From IMG/VR virus record IMGVR_UViG_3300030376_006624, positions 1 to 25,090 of that record: DNA of 25,090 nucleotides; one strand, given 5' to 3'. Below are positions 9,811 through 18,225 of the stretch, in pieces (positions within the stretch are counted from its first letter, which is position 1; each line of letters starts with the position of its first letter). Both the position numbers and the translations under genes were made by a program. The notes beneath the pieces are model-generated. The model worked only from the letters and a program-made list of their open reading frames with translations. It had not been told where the DNA came from and searched no databases. Source of the stretch: a virus. Lineage: Duplodnaviria; Caudoviricetes.

Positions 9811-9812
9811 TT

Positions 9813-10457
9813 TTAGGATGCGGTATCTCCGGCTAAAACGAAAACATTGTCAGCGTAACTAACTAAACTAGCGACTCCGAACTGACCGTTTATTTTAGTA
9901 TGGGATTGTCTGTTGTTTATTGTAGTCCCCGATGCAGAAAATGTAACTTGACCCGCACCCTTTTGTACGAATGAGCAATTAAATCCAGCACCCAATCCGC
10001 TTGGTACAGTAACTGTAACTGCTGACCCATTATTGAGAACAACAACTTTTCCATTATCTCCAACTAATAAAGTGTATGCAGTCCCTGTTTGGTCATTAAT
10101 ACTTGCGTCAAAATCTTCTAGTTTATTGCCGCCTAAATCGACCGTACCACTGGAAACCGCAATTATATTTGTGTCCGCTGTGCCAACCGTTTTTGTTGCC
10201 GCTGTTCCGAGTCCTAAATTTGTTCTCGCATCGGAAGCACTACTTGCACCCGTTCCGCCGTCTGCGATGGCCAAGTCAGTTATGCCCGCAATGCTTCCAC
10301 CGGTTATGGCGGCACTTGCATTAGTGGCGGCTAAAAGATTGGCAACGGTGACTTTTTTAGTCGTGGCCGTTCCGCTGACATCCACCATTGGTAAGACATC
10401 GGTTGTCGCCGGGGCGGTCCCGAGGGCTGAGAGTTGTGATATTTTTTTATTAGCGAT
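9813..10457 (-). CDS. Tail fibre protein; probable true start is ATC at 10457 (first in-frame ATG is 10388)
   Basis: The in-frame extension gives (M)ANKKISQLSALGTAPATTDVLPMVDVSGTATTKKVTVANLL, a typical fibre N-terminus, with GGAGG 8 nt upstream. It also contains LAIADGGTGASSASDARTNLGLG and QTGTAYTLLVGDNGK fibre motifs. Confidence 0.8.
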   Translation of the reverse strand: MANKKISQLSALGTAPATTDVLPMVDVSGTATTKKVTVANLLAATNASAAITGGSIAGITDLAIADGGTGASSASDARTNLGLGTAATKTVGTADTNIIAVSSGTVDLGGNKLEDFDASINDQTGTAYTLLVGDNGKVVVLNNGSAVTVTVPSGLGAGFNCSFVQKGAGQVTFSASGTTINNRQSHTKINGQFGVASLVSYADNVFVLAGDTAS

Positions 10458-10478
10458 TTTAAGTTCCTCCGTTGAAGT

Positions 10479-10928
10479 TTAAAAAGTTATGCCTGAAATA
10501 AAAGGCGATGCAGAGTTAAACTGACCAGCTTGGAATGCCCAATAATAACCCGCAAATATTGATTGCCCCGAGTTAGCTCCTATTGTGGATAAATCTATCG
10601 TAGCTGATGTTGTACTTGGTCCGTAATCTACATTGTGGATTATAGACGGAGAGCTAGTTGTAAACAGAGCTAAGCGATAACCAACTGCCCCCGACACAAT
10701 GTTCCAATTGAATACGGCGATTGAGCCTGTAACCGTGACATTTAAACTGTTGTCCGAATTGGTGAAAAATTGCGAAGTTCCAGCCGGTTCAAAAGCTAAT
10801 CTATCCACTCCACTTTCCGTAATGATATAAGCCCCGTCCTCGGCCATGATGACTCCATCAATGACCGGTCCGACAATTGAATCGCCGTCCGTGTCACCGA
10901 TAAAAAGTCCTACTCCGAGCTGGGGCAT
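10479..10928 (-). CDS. Structural protein with C-terminal Ig/Fn3-like domain (start reassigned to MPQLGVGL)
   Basis: ATG at 10928 follows the stop of the previous gene at 10934 and avoids the overlap in the track call (10985). It has an EDGAYIITESG structural-protein motif and FNWNIVSGAVGYRL resembling an Fn3 strand. Confidence 0.6.
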   Translation of the reverse strand: MPQLGVGLFIGDTDGDSIVGPVIDGVIMAEDGAYIITESGVDRLAFEPAGTSQFFTNSDNSLNVTVTGSIAVFNWNIVSGAVGYRLALFTTSSPSIIHNVDYGPSTTSATIDLSTIGANSGQSIFAGYYWAFQAGQFNSASPFISGITF

Positions 10929-10933
10929 CAGAT

Positions 10934-11194
10934 TTATTCCTTGTAAAGCAATGCGGCTCCCTGCGAGAGCGAAATTAGCTGGCAAGGACCATACAGTACC
11001 TGGCCTTGCCCGAAGACAGTTCCGTCCGAAATAAGTGCGGATGAGTTTTCCATTTTACCGGTATAAGCCGAGACTACTGAGTCCTCAGTAAATTGAATAG
11101 ATGTGAAATTTCCCGTGTGGCTGGCAGTATCATTAATGTATTTTGATCCACCGGCTCCCATCGAGTTTAAGATATTTATTCCTGATAATCCCAT
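10934..11194 (-). CDS. Small hypothetical virion protein
   Basis: 86 aa, beta-rich, tightly packed in the structural operon. Confidence 0.6.
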   Translation of the reverse strand: MGLSGINILNSMGAGGSKYINDTASHTGNFTSIQFTEDSVVSAYTGKMENSSALISDGTVFGQGQVLYGPCQLISLSQGAALLYKE

Positions 11195-11196
11195 AA

Positions 11197-11826
11197 TTAT
11201 ATTGTTGTTAAAATGTTTACCCCGAAATTATAGCTCGGGTATGTATTAATTGTGATTTTGTTTTGTGCCTCCAACCGCTCTACCCGATCCATTTCTTGTA
11301 AGAGTGCTTCTTCAGCTAGTGCTTCTTGTTGGATTGATTTTTCCAACTGGCCGTCCTCTTTGTAGAACGAGGCTACACAAGCGAGTAAAAGGTATCGTTC
11401 AAGAAATCTTGGCAGTGTCGTAGTACCGGTTCCGTAATCGCTCGGAGTGACCTGGTTACCCATGACGAAAACAGAAGATTGAGACGAATTGGCGGGTAAT
11501 ATTAAATACCCGTTTATTAGATGGTAAGTCAGTTTGATTGCCTGTCTGTCGGTAAGAGGATTTTTATCAAATACCGCAAACACATCCATGAAGTCCGAGT
11601 CATTGTCTATCTGTACCGCTTTGTCCGCCGCTATGGGTGAGGTAACTGCGGCCACGGTCTTTTCCTTCAGCGACATTAGCTCGGGCCATCTTGCCCGTGT
11701 CCATGCCGCCTTGACCCTGTCGTTTAATGAATTTTGAAAAGCTGTTTCTTCGACCGATAATAAAGAATCCACCCCAATAGCCGAGGTAAATCGATTCTTT
11801 AATTCGTTATAAGTGACAGTTCTCAA
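11197..11826 (-). CDS. Head-tail adaptor (tail tubular protein A-like)
   Basis: 209 aa with a helical N-terminus, AWTRARWPEL and a C-terminal LPRFLERYLLLACVASFY helix; second gene after the capsid; TTG start overlapping the upstream TGA. Confidence 0.65.
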   Translation of the reverse strand: MRTVTYNELKNRFTSAIGVDSLLSVEETAFQNSLNDRVKAAWTRARWPELMSLKEKTVAAVTSPIAADKAVQIDNDSDFMDVFAVFDKNPLTDRQAIKLTYHLINGYLILPANSSQSSVFVMGNQVTPSDYGTGTTTLPRFLERYLLLACVASFYKEDGQLEKSIQQEALAEEALLQEMDRVERLEAQNKITINTYPSYNFGVNILTTI

Positions 11827-12131
11827 GATCCGATTACCGTTTCAGGATTGGCTTTTGCGAAATCCCGGCGATATTCTGAATCAGACATCGAGCCAGGTGA
11901 TTGAATCTCATGTCTCAAAAAGGTAGTTGCATCGATTGCAGATACTAAGCGGAAATCTTTTCCTCCACCAAGTTTCTCGGCATTCTTTCGGGCGGCAATT
12001 GCTCGCTTACCATACCCAGCTTTTTCACGCTCGGCATCCCGTTCAACTTTTTTAGATAAGTAGTGGGCCATCTCTTCGCCCGACATTCCACCACTTCTTT
12101 TCCCGCCTTTTACTATTATATTGAGACTCAT
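11823..12131 (-). CDS. Hypothetical protein immediately after major capsid
   Basis: 102-aa ORF within the operon; function unknown. Confidence 0.6.
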   Translation of the reverse strand: MSLNIIVKGGKRSGGMSGEEMAHYLSKKVERDAEREKAGYGKRAIAARKNAEKLGGGKDFRLVSAIDATTFLRHEIQSPGSMSDSEYRRDFAKANPETVIGS

Positions 12132-12137
12132 ATTTTT

Positions 12138-12176
12138 AAAAGAAAAGGGAGGCCGGCCACTACCTACCGGCCTCCC
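12138..12176 (-). terminator. Rho-independent terminator downstream of major capsid gene
   Basis: Minus strand reads GGGAGGCCGG-10 nt loop-CCGGCCTCCC (perfect 10-bp stem) followed by TTTTCTTTT. Confidence 0.85.
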
Positions 12177-12209
12177 ATGTTCTGCAATGAATAACTAACA
12201 ATAACCAAA

Positions 12210-13241
12210 CTAAACTATACTTCCGAGTGCGCGGGGATTGCTGACCCTCAAAGTCAACATCGCTTCCGAGAAAGCTCTCTTTCCAGCACCATTATCAGGA
12301 AGATCTTGAATTGTGATACCTTCCAAGAATTTCAAGCTAACAGTGTCATCACCTGGTATTAAGTAACCGCGATCTGTGTTAACTGTACCCTCAACTGTAT
12401 CAGTACCACTTGCAGACCCATCCACGCGCCCTAAAAATAGGTCCGGTATGATGTTTATCGTAGAGTAGTCAGATACATAAGTAAGGATTGAACGAACAAG
12501 AGTTTTACCACTTACATCTTGATCAAAGCTAAAGTTACCATCAGTAACTGTTGAACGAGTGTAATCAGTAATTTTGTTCATTACTGCTGGTCCGCAGAAA
12601 AGGTTGTATGTACCTTTAGATCCGGCGGCAGTGTAAACAGCTTGAAGGAGTCCACGGAATGCGGATTCAGTCAAACTTGCAAGACTTACACGGGAACCAC
12701 TTACTGCACGAAATGCTTGTTTAGCACTTGTATCAAAAGTATTTCCGGTCGCACTCGGATCACTCCAAATCCCGAGACCACACATCTTAGCGGCGGCAGA
12801 ACTTGATCCAACGGATTGGTCGTTACCTGACCCAATGCCAGTCTCGATTGAGCGTTTTAACTGCAATAAACTCTTAGCCTGTGAACTGGCAAAGAGTGAC
12901 CCGCCAGGAGCCACATCGACCATCTCAGCTTGCCTTGAAACGGCAAACAAATCGCGGTAGGTTTGAACCCGATTGCCTAATCTTTCACGAGTGTCGATTA
13001 AGTTAGCAAAAGTACTTCCACCAGCAGAGAGTGACAAATCGACTCCATCAATAGTTCCACCGATTTCAGGATTCGCAAGCGAGTCAACCAACCACTCATT
13101 AAGAGTTGCCTTTGGTGCGGCGGATTGGGAAAGCGTAGAATACAGAGGTGTTTCTGTCGGTTCTACAGTTTTTAATACATTTTCTAAATTAGTTTGAGCG
13201 CCTTTATTGGCGGTCACATTATACGAAGTTGCCAAAGCCAT
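12210..13241 (-). CDS. Major capsid protein (DUF5309/SU10-type, HK97 fold)
   Basis: 343 aa with PTETPLYS...ATLNEWLVDSL, RLGNRVQTY, LKRSIE, YVSDY and MLTLRVSNPRALG, matching the family pattern; follows the scaffold and precedes a terminator. Confidence 0.85.
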   Translation of the reverse strand: MALATSYNVTANKGAQTNLENVLKTVEPTETPLYSTLSQSAAPKATLNEWLVDSLANPEIGGTIDGVDLSLSAGGSTFANLIDTRERLGNRVQTYRDLFAVSRQAEMVDVAPGGSLFASSQAKSLLQLKRSIETGIGSGNDQSVGSSSAAAKMCGLGIWSDPSATGNTFDTSAKQAFRAVSGSRVSLASLTESAFRGLLQAVYTAAGSKGTYNLFCGPAVMNKITDYTRSTVTDGNFSFDQDVSGKTLVRSILTYVSDYSTINIIPDLFLGRVDGSASGTDTVEGTVNTDRGYLIPGDDTVSLKFLEGITIQDLPDNGAGKRAFSEAMLTLRVSNPRALGSIV

Positions 13242-13277
13242 TTTTGTAATTCCTTATTTTAAGATTTTTAAATTTTT

Positions 13278-14303
13278 TTAGTCCGCAAGAAATGCGGCGA
13301 GATCGTTGGCCGAGAGGATTTTACGCTCCAAAATCTTTTGTTTATTTGCAGTCTTTCGAGATGCTGAGGTTTGTACCGGTGGGGATGAATCACCCATCGT
13401 TGGGGGAGGTGCTTTGGCTACCCTTTTGGCTTTAGGTTTGGCCGTCTTGGCCGCCTGGTCATGCTTAATTGCTTCAACCCCTCTTACGAGTGTTGCGGCA
13501 ATAAAATCGCCATTAGGTAGGGATTTGAGAATGTCTGCATACTGACTTTTTATCTGACCTAAAACGGATCTCCGTTCTTCGGCTTGGTCGGTATCGACTG
13601 TTTCTGAAATCCACGGATGAGTCTTAATCGTATCCTGTTGCCACTGAGCCGCTGACTGGAGATATTGCGCCCTTTCGGGTATTTTCTCTGTCAGGTAATC
13701 TTCCGCTTGTGTGAGAATATTTCTGATATCCTCATCGGCATATTCCTTCCCATCGACTTCGATAAAATCTTTTCCGATGTGTTGGAGTGACCAACGCTTG
13801 GCGGCAAGAGCCTCCTTTCGTAAGGTTTCCAATGACTCAAAGTCATTTACTTCTTCAAGGGCGGGCTGACTGGATTCCGATTGCGTTTGAGGGTTGGATT
13901 TTAATGATGCAATTTCTGATTTAAGTGTTTCGACTAACTCTTCGCTAGATTTACTGCGAGCGGTCAAGCGGTTCACCTGTTTCAGAAGTTTACCAACAGC
14001 TTTAGACTGTGGCTCATTGTCCCCCGATTCTTCAGTGGACTCCTCCTCTTCTGCTATCTCTTCCGTTTCCTCCTCCTCTGATTCCTCAGATTCGGTTGAC
14101 TGTAAAAGAACATCTTCTTGGTCGGTTTCTGCGTCTGCGGTTGTTGTCTCGGGACCAGCTTCCGCTTCAGATTCCTGTGAGGGTTCAGCCTCTTCGACTT
14201 TCTCAACGAACGATGCCGTTAATTCTTCCAAAGTGGTAATCCCTTGCGTTGTTGTTTCTGCTCCCGAATCAGCCGGAGCCTCGCTAATTTCTGTATCTGC
14301 CAT
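13278..14303 (-). CDS. Capsid scaffolding protein
   Basis: Very acidic low-complexity N-terminus, KQVNRLTAR coiled coil, basic Pro-rich C-terminus; directly upstream of the capsid gene. Confidence 0.8.
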   Translation of the reverse strand: MADTEISEAPADSGAETTTQGITTLEELTASFVEKVEEAEPSQESEAEAGPETTTADAETDQEDVLLQSTESEESEEEETEEIAEEEESTEESGDNEPQSKAVGKLLKQVNRLTARSKSSEELVETLKSEIASLKSNPQTQSESSQPALEEVNDFESLETLRKEALAAKRWSLQHIGKDFIEVDGKEYADEDIRNILTQAEDYLTEKIPERAQYLQSAAQWQQDTIKTHPWISETVDTDQAEERRSVLGQIKSQYADILKSLPNGDFIAATLVRGVEAIKHDQAAKTAKPKAKRVAKAPPPTMGDSSPPVQTSASRKTANKQKILERKILSANDLAAFLAD

Positions 14304-14394
14304 ATTTCTGCGTTTAAAGTTCGCACTCTTGCGTTAATCTGCGGACCGATATGGTTCGCCGCTTCCCATTATGGCGGGGGGGCGGATAAAATTT

Positions 14395-14829
14395 TCAGGG
14401 AGTTTTAAATATGTCCCAGTTATCCTTATATTTTTCGTGCTTCGCTTTGGAATCGGGGTTGTGAGGGTATAGACCTATCACTGTGGCTCCGTCCAAGGCC
14501 ATGCATGGAATGAGATACCATAGGTCGATATCGGCACAGTAAACTGATACCACATCGACTTTCGTGCAATCGACAGGAGTGATATTTCCGGACCCGCTAG
14601 TGCAATTGACTTGGTATCGCCCAATGCCTTTATTCTTTTTGCAGATTTTTATCGCACTCGACCCTTTTATCTGAACATTAAATTTTCTCCCGGCAGAATT
14701 TACTACAATGCAATCTTGTGGGAGGTAATCGCCGAGGGGAGTAAATACTTCCAAACCGTGCTTAAGGGCTTCGGTAAAAAATACCTGCTCCCATATATAC
14801 CCCTTACGGCGAGTGTTCTTCGTCATCAT
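14395..14829 (-). CDS. PD-(D/E)XK endonuclease (group I intron-associated/PDDEXK_5-like), free-standing
   Basis: GYIWEQVF...VFTPLGDYLPQDCIV...NVQIKGS...KVDVVSVY...WYLIP matches the family layout (E, D, QxK). Confidence 0.75.
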   Translation of the reverse strand: MMTKNTRRKGYIWEQVFFTEALKHGLEVFTPLGDYLPQDCIVVNSAGRKFNVQIKGSSAIKICKKNKGIGRYQVNCTSGSGNITPVDCTKVDVVSVYCADIDLWYLIPCMALDGATVIGLYPHNPDSKAKHEKYKDNWDIFKTP

Positions 14830-15001
14830 CGAGGTCTATCTCGGATTCAAAATCCATGACCTCCTCTTCCATCCACTCTTCTACATCGTTCAAAGCAATT
14901 TGTGCCATCTCCTGATCATCGATGTCACTCTCTTCAAGCCAGCGATTCAGTAATGCCCGATGCTCGTTTTTAAACTGCTGGTGGGGTGTCAGTTTCGGCA
15001 T
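14804..15001 (-). CDS. Small acidic hypothetical protein
   Basis: 65 aa with 22 Asp/Glu; overlaps both neighbours. Confidence 0.6.
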   Translation of the reverse strand: MPKLTPHQQFKNEHRALLNRWLEESDIDDQEMAQIALNDVEEWMEEEVMDFESEIDLDDDEEHSP

Positions 15002-15194
15002 TTTCTAAACTTTCAATTATTCGAGTTAGGCCAGCAATTTCACCCGATAGACGGGCGAGTTTTTGCGGATTGTCGACATGGGTATAGTCCTGAAAATCAA
15101 CCAGGCATAAGTCCCGTTGTTCTTTAATAAAATCCTTTATTACGATCCATTCAGTCTGATCGCCAAGTCCGGCAATTGCATCACCCAGTGTCAT
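14970..15194 (-). CDS. Small helical protein of the portal-scaffold interval
   Basis: 74 aa; LARLSGEIAGL helix pattern is common in genes between portal and scaffold; ATGA-coupled. Confidence 0.6.
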   Translation of the reverse strand: MTLGDAIAGLGDQTEWIVIKDFIKEQRDLCLVDFQDYTHVDNPQKLARLSGEIAGLTRIIESLENAETDTPPAV

Positions 15195-15451
15195 TTCTTT
15201 TTTTTCTTTCTTACGATGGTTTTTACATTTGTAGGTTTACCGCCAACACCCTGAGCCTTGGATCTCTTTCGGCGGACCGCTGATGCTTTTTGTGCCTTGG
15301 TCATTGTGGCCGCCTTTGCTTTTGGTACGCATTTAGGGTAACCTTTCCGCTTTGTACTCGCTTTCTTCCGGCCACAGCTTGGATGTCCACCCCCTTTTTT
15401 CTTTCGGCCGATGTCCACCCATTCTTCATTAAACCAGTCTTTGAGGCTCAT
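15191..15451 (-). CDS. Highly basic small protein
   Basis: 86 aa; SLKDWFNEEWVDI, CGR and YPKCVPKAKA; ATGA-coupled. Confidence 0.7.
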   Translation of the reverse strand: MSLKDWFNEEWVDIGRKKKGGGHPSCGRKKASTKRKGYPKCVPKAKAATMTKAQKASAVRRKRSKAQGVGGKPTNVKTIVRKKKKK

Positions 15452-15603
15452 TTATATTTACCGCCTCTTTTCTTGTAAGTTTTAACGAGCCAAGCATTTG
15501 CATAAGCTGACGGATAAACATCAAACTTTCGTTTGGCCTCCGACTTTACTCGGCTGTAAAGAGTGCTGTTTGTAGGAGTGGGTCTTTTCTTTTTTGCTAC
15601 CAT
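15448..15603 (-). CDS. Highly basic small protein (51 aa; not in ORF track)
   Basis: MVAKKKRPTPTNSTLYSRVKSEAKRKFDVYPSAYANAWLVKTYKKRGGKYK, 15 K/R; overlaps both neighbours. Confidence 0.7.
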   Translation of the reverse strand: MVAKKKRPTPTNSTLYSRVKSEAKRKFDVYPSAYANAWLVKTYKKRGGKYK

Positions 15604-15884
15604 TTTACTTTATTAGCCCAGTAGGCCGCTGATGTTTTTCCCTTTGCAATATTCTTACGGTGGCGAGCTTTGAAACTTGCCCGCTTTTTCTTCATTGCCT
15701 GACTTTCACCCGCTTTGGGTTTGCCGGCAGTCTTTGCACCCTGTTGCCCAAAGCGGATAGTCTTTATCTTGTCACCTTCTTTTGCGACAACGATGTGAGA
15801 TTTTGTCGGATGGTTAGGAGTTCTTTTAGGCTTATTAAATCCACTAACTCCAGCCCTTTTTAATCGGCTATCTTTTTTTATCAT
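15597..15884 (-). CDS. Highly basic small protein (RFGQQG...RASFKARH...AAYWA type)
   Basis: 95 aa, K/R-rich; motif pattern familiar from aquatic phage unknown-function proteins; ATGA-coupled. Confidence 0.7.
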   Translation of the reverse strand: MIKKDSRLKRAGVSGFNKPKRTPNHPTKSHIVVAKEGDKIKTIRFGQQGAKTAGKPKAGESQAMKKKRASFKARHRKNIAKGKTSAAYWANKVKW

Positions 15885-16042
15885 TTACCCACTTTTTTCA
15901 TCGCAATCTTATGCGATTCAGTAAAAGTCTTCCCGCCACGCATCAGCTTTTTCATATGCGACATATGTTTTTTTGTGTGATGAACGGAGTGCCTTTTAAG
16001 CGTGTCTTCTTGACGCTTGGTAAGTCCCGATTTTCTCTTCAT
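15881..16042 (-). CDS. Basic His-rich small protein (53 aa; not in ORF track)
   Basis: MKRKSGLTKRQEDTLKRHSVHHTKKHMSHMKKLMRGGKTFTESHKIAMKKVGK, 17 K/R and 6 H; ATGA overlaps at both ends. Confidence 0.65.
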   Translation of the reverse strand: MKRKSGLTKRQEDTLKRHSVHHTKKHMSHMKKLMRGGKTFTESHKIAMKKVGK

Positions 16043-16134
16043 TTCTTTTTTCTTTTAACCATTTTTTTCATTGGTTTCTTTTTAGAAGGTCTTCCAACCT
16101 TCGATCCGTATGTTCCTTTCCCATAAGGTGGCAT
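16039..16134 (-). CDS. Basic micro-protein (31 aa; not in ORF track)
   Basis: MPPYGKGTYGSKVGRPSKKKPMKKMVKRKKK, 13 K/R and no acidic residue; AAAGGA SD upstream; ATGA-coupled to the next gene. Confidence 0.65.
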   Translation of the reverse strand: MPPYGKGTYGSKVGRPSKKKPMKKMVKRKKK

Positions 16135-16152
16135 AATGTATTTTCCTTTCAG

Positions 16153-18225
16153 TTAAGCGGCCATCGATGTACCAGGTACATTGCCGGGAGCAGTACCGAG
16201 CTGGCCAATTAAAGCGTTCCTCTGCTGGGTCTGCATCATTTCGAGTTGCCCAGCATATGTTTGAAGTCTTTTGGCGAAGTTCTCATCCTCTTGCATCCTC
16301 TGTTGAACATCCTGTGCCGGTATTTCGGGAGTTCCTTGTAAGTACTGCTGAAGCTGTTGAAGTCGAAGCTGAGAATTTACACCCTGTTGCGGTACATTGA
16401 CCACTTGACCCGAGGCAATCTTGGCAATGTCTGCGGAAGTTTCCTGAATCTCTTTGTCGGTTGCTTCTTCAACTGGGGCGATCAATTGCCCGGCTAAGTT
16501 TGGATCGACTGCTTCGAGGTACTTTCTAAGGTAGGCATCCGTTTTAAAAGTACCTTGGCGGTCGTACTGAACCATAATTTTACCCACAGTATCCAATTTC
16601 TGAAGAACCTTCTCCTCGTCCTGGTTCATCGAGTTCCATGTAATATTAAAATCATATATCTCGGCCGTTTCATCAAGCATGAGCATTGCACCCTGTTCGT
16701 TATTGGTAACACGAAACCATATTTGCGGTCCGCCGTAGGTTCTGTCTAGACACCATACACGATTTAAAATCTGTTTGAATCCATTCAGCCACTGATTGAC
16801 CAAGTGCTGGCGAATGCTGTTTGCTTCAACTGCATCCTCGGGTGATGTCGCTCGGCCGGTTATCTTGTTGGCGAGTTGGCGGATTTGCATCTCCACTTCC
16901 ATACTTGCCGGCGAATACCGAGGAATCTCCATAAATCCAACCTCTCCTCTTCGGCGGACCGGCAAGTGCGCACCCGGCCCTAATCTCTCTGGGCGCCTAC
17001 CGGCCTGGAATTCAACAGGAGGCAAGGTACTCATTGATGCACGGTCTCTTCGGGCATCCATTTCGGTCTTGGCCGCAATCTGATAACTCTTCAGCAGTTC
17101 GGGATAACCTCGGGAATCGAGTAAGCGGTGATTAAGGTTCTCCCTAGTTATGCAGACAAATGGATATCTCCCTTCATCGTATTCCATCGGACTGTGAAAA
17201 CCATGCCCTTCCGCTTCATCAGCCCAACAGGTAATCGTGCAGATGGGTACATCGTCTTCATCTAATTCCTTACGATAAGTTGTGATGACTCGAACCATGC
17301 CTTCGTAATTCTGTGTGCCGTAAAAGTTGCCGGAGTCGTAAGACATGAGGTCGGTCGAATAACTTTCATCCGAATAAAAGCCTTTCGAGTTTTCGAGGAC
17401 TTCTTCGATCCACTTCTTATCCCATCCCTCGTTGACTTTTTGCATGAGAGCTTCGGGAGAATAATAGTGGATGCAGTGAATGCTCCTGGCAGATTCTAAA
17501 TCGATCACATTCGAATCGATGATTATTTCTCTGCCCAGCTCGTATGCTTTTACTGCCGGACGATTGACTACCGCTTTTTCAGTCGGGATTTTTGCCTGAC
17601 CGGTTTTGCGAAGCTCATTAATCATCTTCCTGACTCTTCGCTTTTTCAGATTGGGGAATAGCGGAAATAACATCTCCTCGACTCCCTCTTTCATTTCAGG
17701 ATCTTGGATCGCCATTGCCAACTCGGGACTCATTTGGGCAATCTCTTCGAGGCTAATATCCTTAAATACTCTTGTGGTTTCACGCTTCCAGTAAGTGCCG
17801 AAAAAAGTGATACCGTTTTGTAATAAATAGTTCGCTCCAATGGCGGCCTCCCTCGGGAGTTCCGTCATTGAGTTCATCCGCCACTTTAAAAACTCGCTCA
17901 CCATCTTCGCACTGCCAATGTCGGAACTCTCCACGGGAGCGGCTACGAGGTTGGCCTGACTGAGCGATTGAGAAAGGAGGGCTACATCTCCATCGATTAG
18001 CGGATTAATAAGATTCGCTTCGAGATCGGAGGCCCCGTCCCAAGGAAATGCTTCCGGTCCGTTCTTCTTGCCTGACTCATCCTTGCCAGCCCATTCGTTA
18101 AATCGACATTCTCTGCCTTGCTCGGCCTTATCCATCCAAAAGGAGAGATCCGCTTTCGCTGAATCAAACTCCTTCTTTATGGCATCTACATCCGGTCCCT
18201 TTTCGCTAAATTCCTGAATTTCCAT
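16153..18225 (-). CDS. Portal protein
   Basis: About 690 aa between terminase and scaffold; FPWDGASD, YPFV, Gln-rich C-terminal barrel helix. Start taken at ATG 18225 (track uses GTG 18237). Confidence 0.85.
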   Translation of the reverse strand: MEIQEFSEKGPDVDAIKKEFDSAKADLSFWMDKAEQGRECRFNEWAGKDESGKKNGPEAFPWDGASDLEANLINPLIDGDVALLSQSLSQANLVAAPVESSDIGSAKMVSEFLKWRMNSMTELPREAAIGANYLLQNGITFFGTYWKRETTRVFKDISLEEIAQMSPELAMAIQDPEMKEGVEEMLFPLFPNLKKRRVRKMINELRKTGQAKIPTEKAVVNRPAVKAYELGREIIIDSNVIDLESARSIHCIHYYSPEALMQKVNEGWDKKWIEEVLENSKGFYSDESYSTDLMSYDSGNFYGTQNYEGMVRVITTYRKELDEDDVPICTITCWADEAEGHGFHSPMEYDEGRYPFVCITRENLNHRLLDSRGYPELLKSYQIAAKTEMDARRDRASMSTLPPVEFQAGRRPERLGPGAHLPVRRRGEVGFMEIPRYSPASMEVEMQIRQLANKITGRATSPEDAVEANSIRQHLVNQWLNGFKQILNRVWCLDRTYGGPQIWFRVTNNEQGAMLMLDETAEIYDFNITWNSMNQDEEKVLQKLDTVGKIMVQYDRQGTFKTDAYLRKYLEAVDPNLAGQLIAPVEEATDKEIQETSADIAKIASGQVVNVPQQGVNSQLRLQQLQQYLQGTPEIPAQDVQQRMQEDENFAKRLQTYAGQLEMMQTQQRNALIGQLGTAPGNVPGTSMAA

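Noticed and set aside
8315-10928. Diversity-generating retroelement or invertible tail-fibre system
   Set aside because: No reverse transcriptase, invertase, template/variable repeat pair or inverted fibre ends were seen in the window.
12180-12230. Programmed frameshift or readthrough extending the major capsid protein
   Set aside because: No clear slippery heptamer or long downstream frame; a terminator follows immediately.
14330-14900. Group I intron around the PD-(D/E)XK gene
   Set aside because: No interrupted host gene is visible, and the flanks are too short or are coding.
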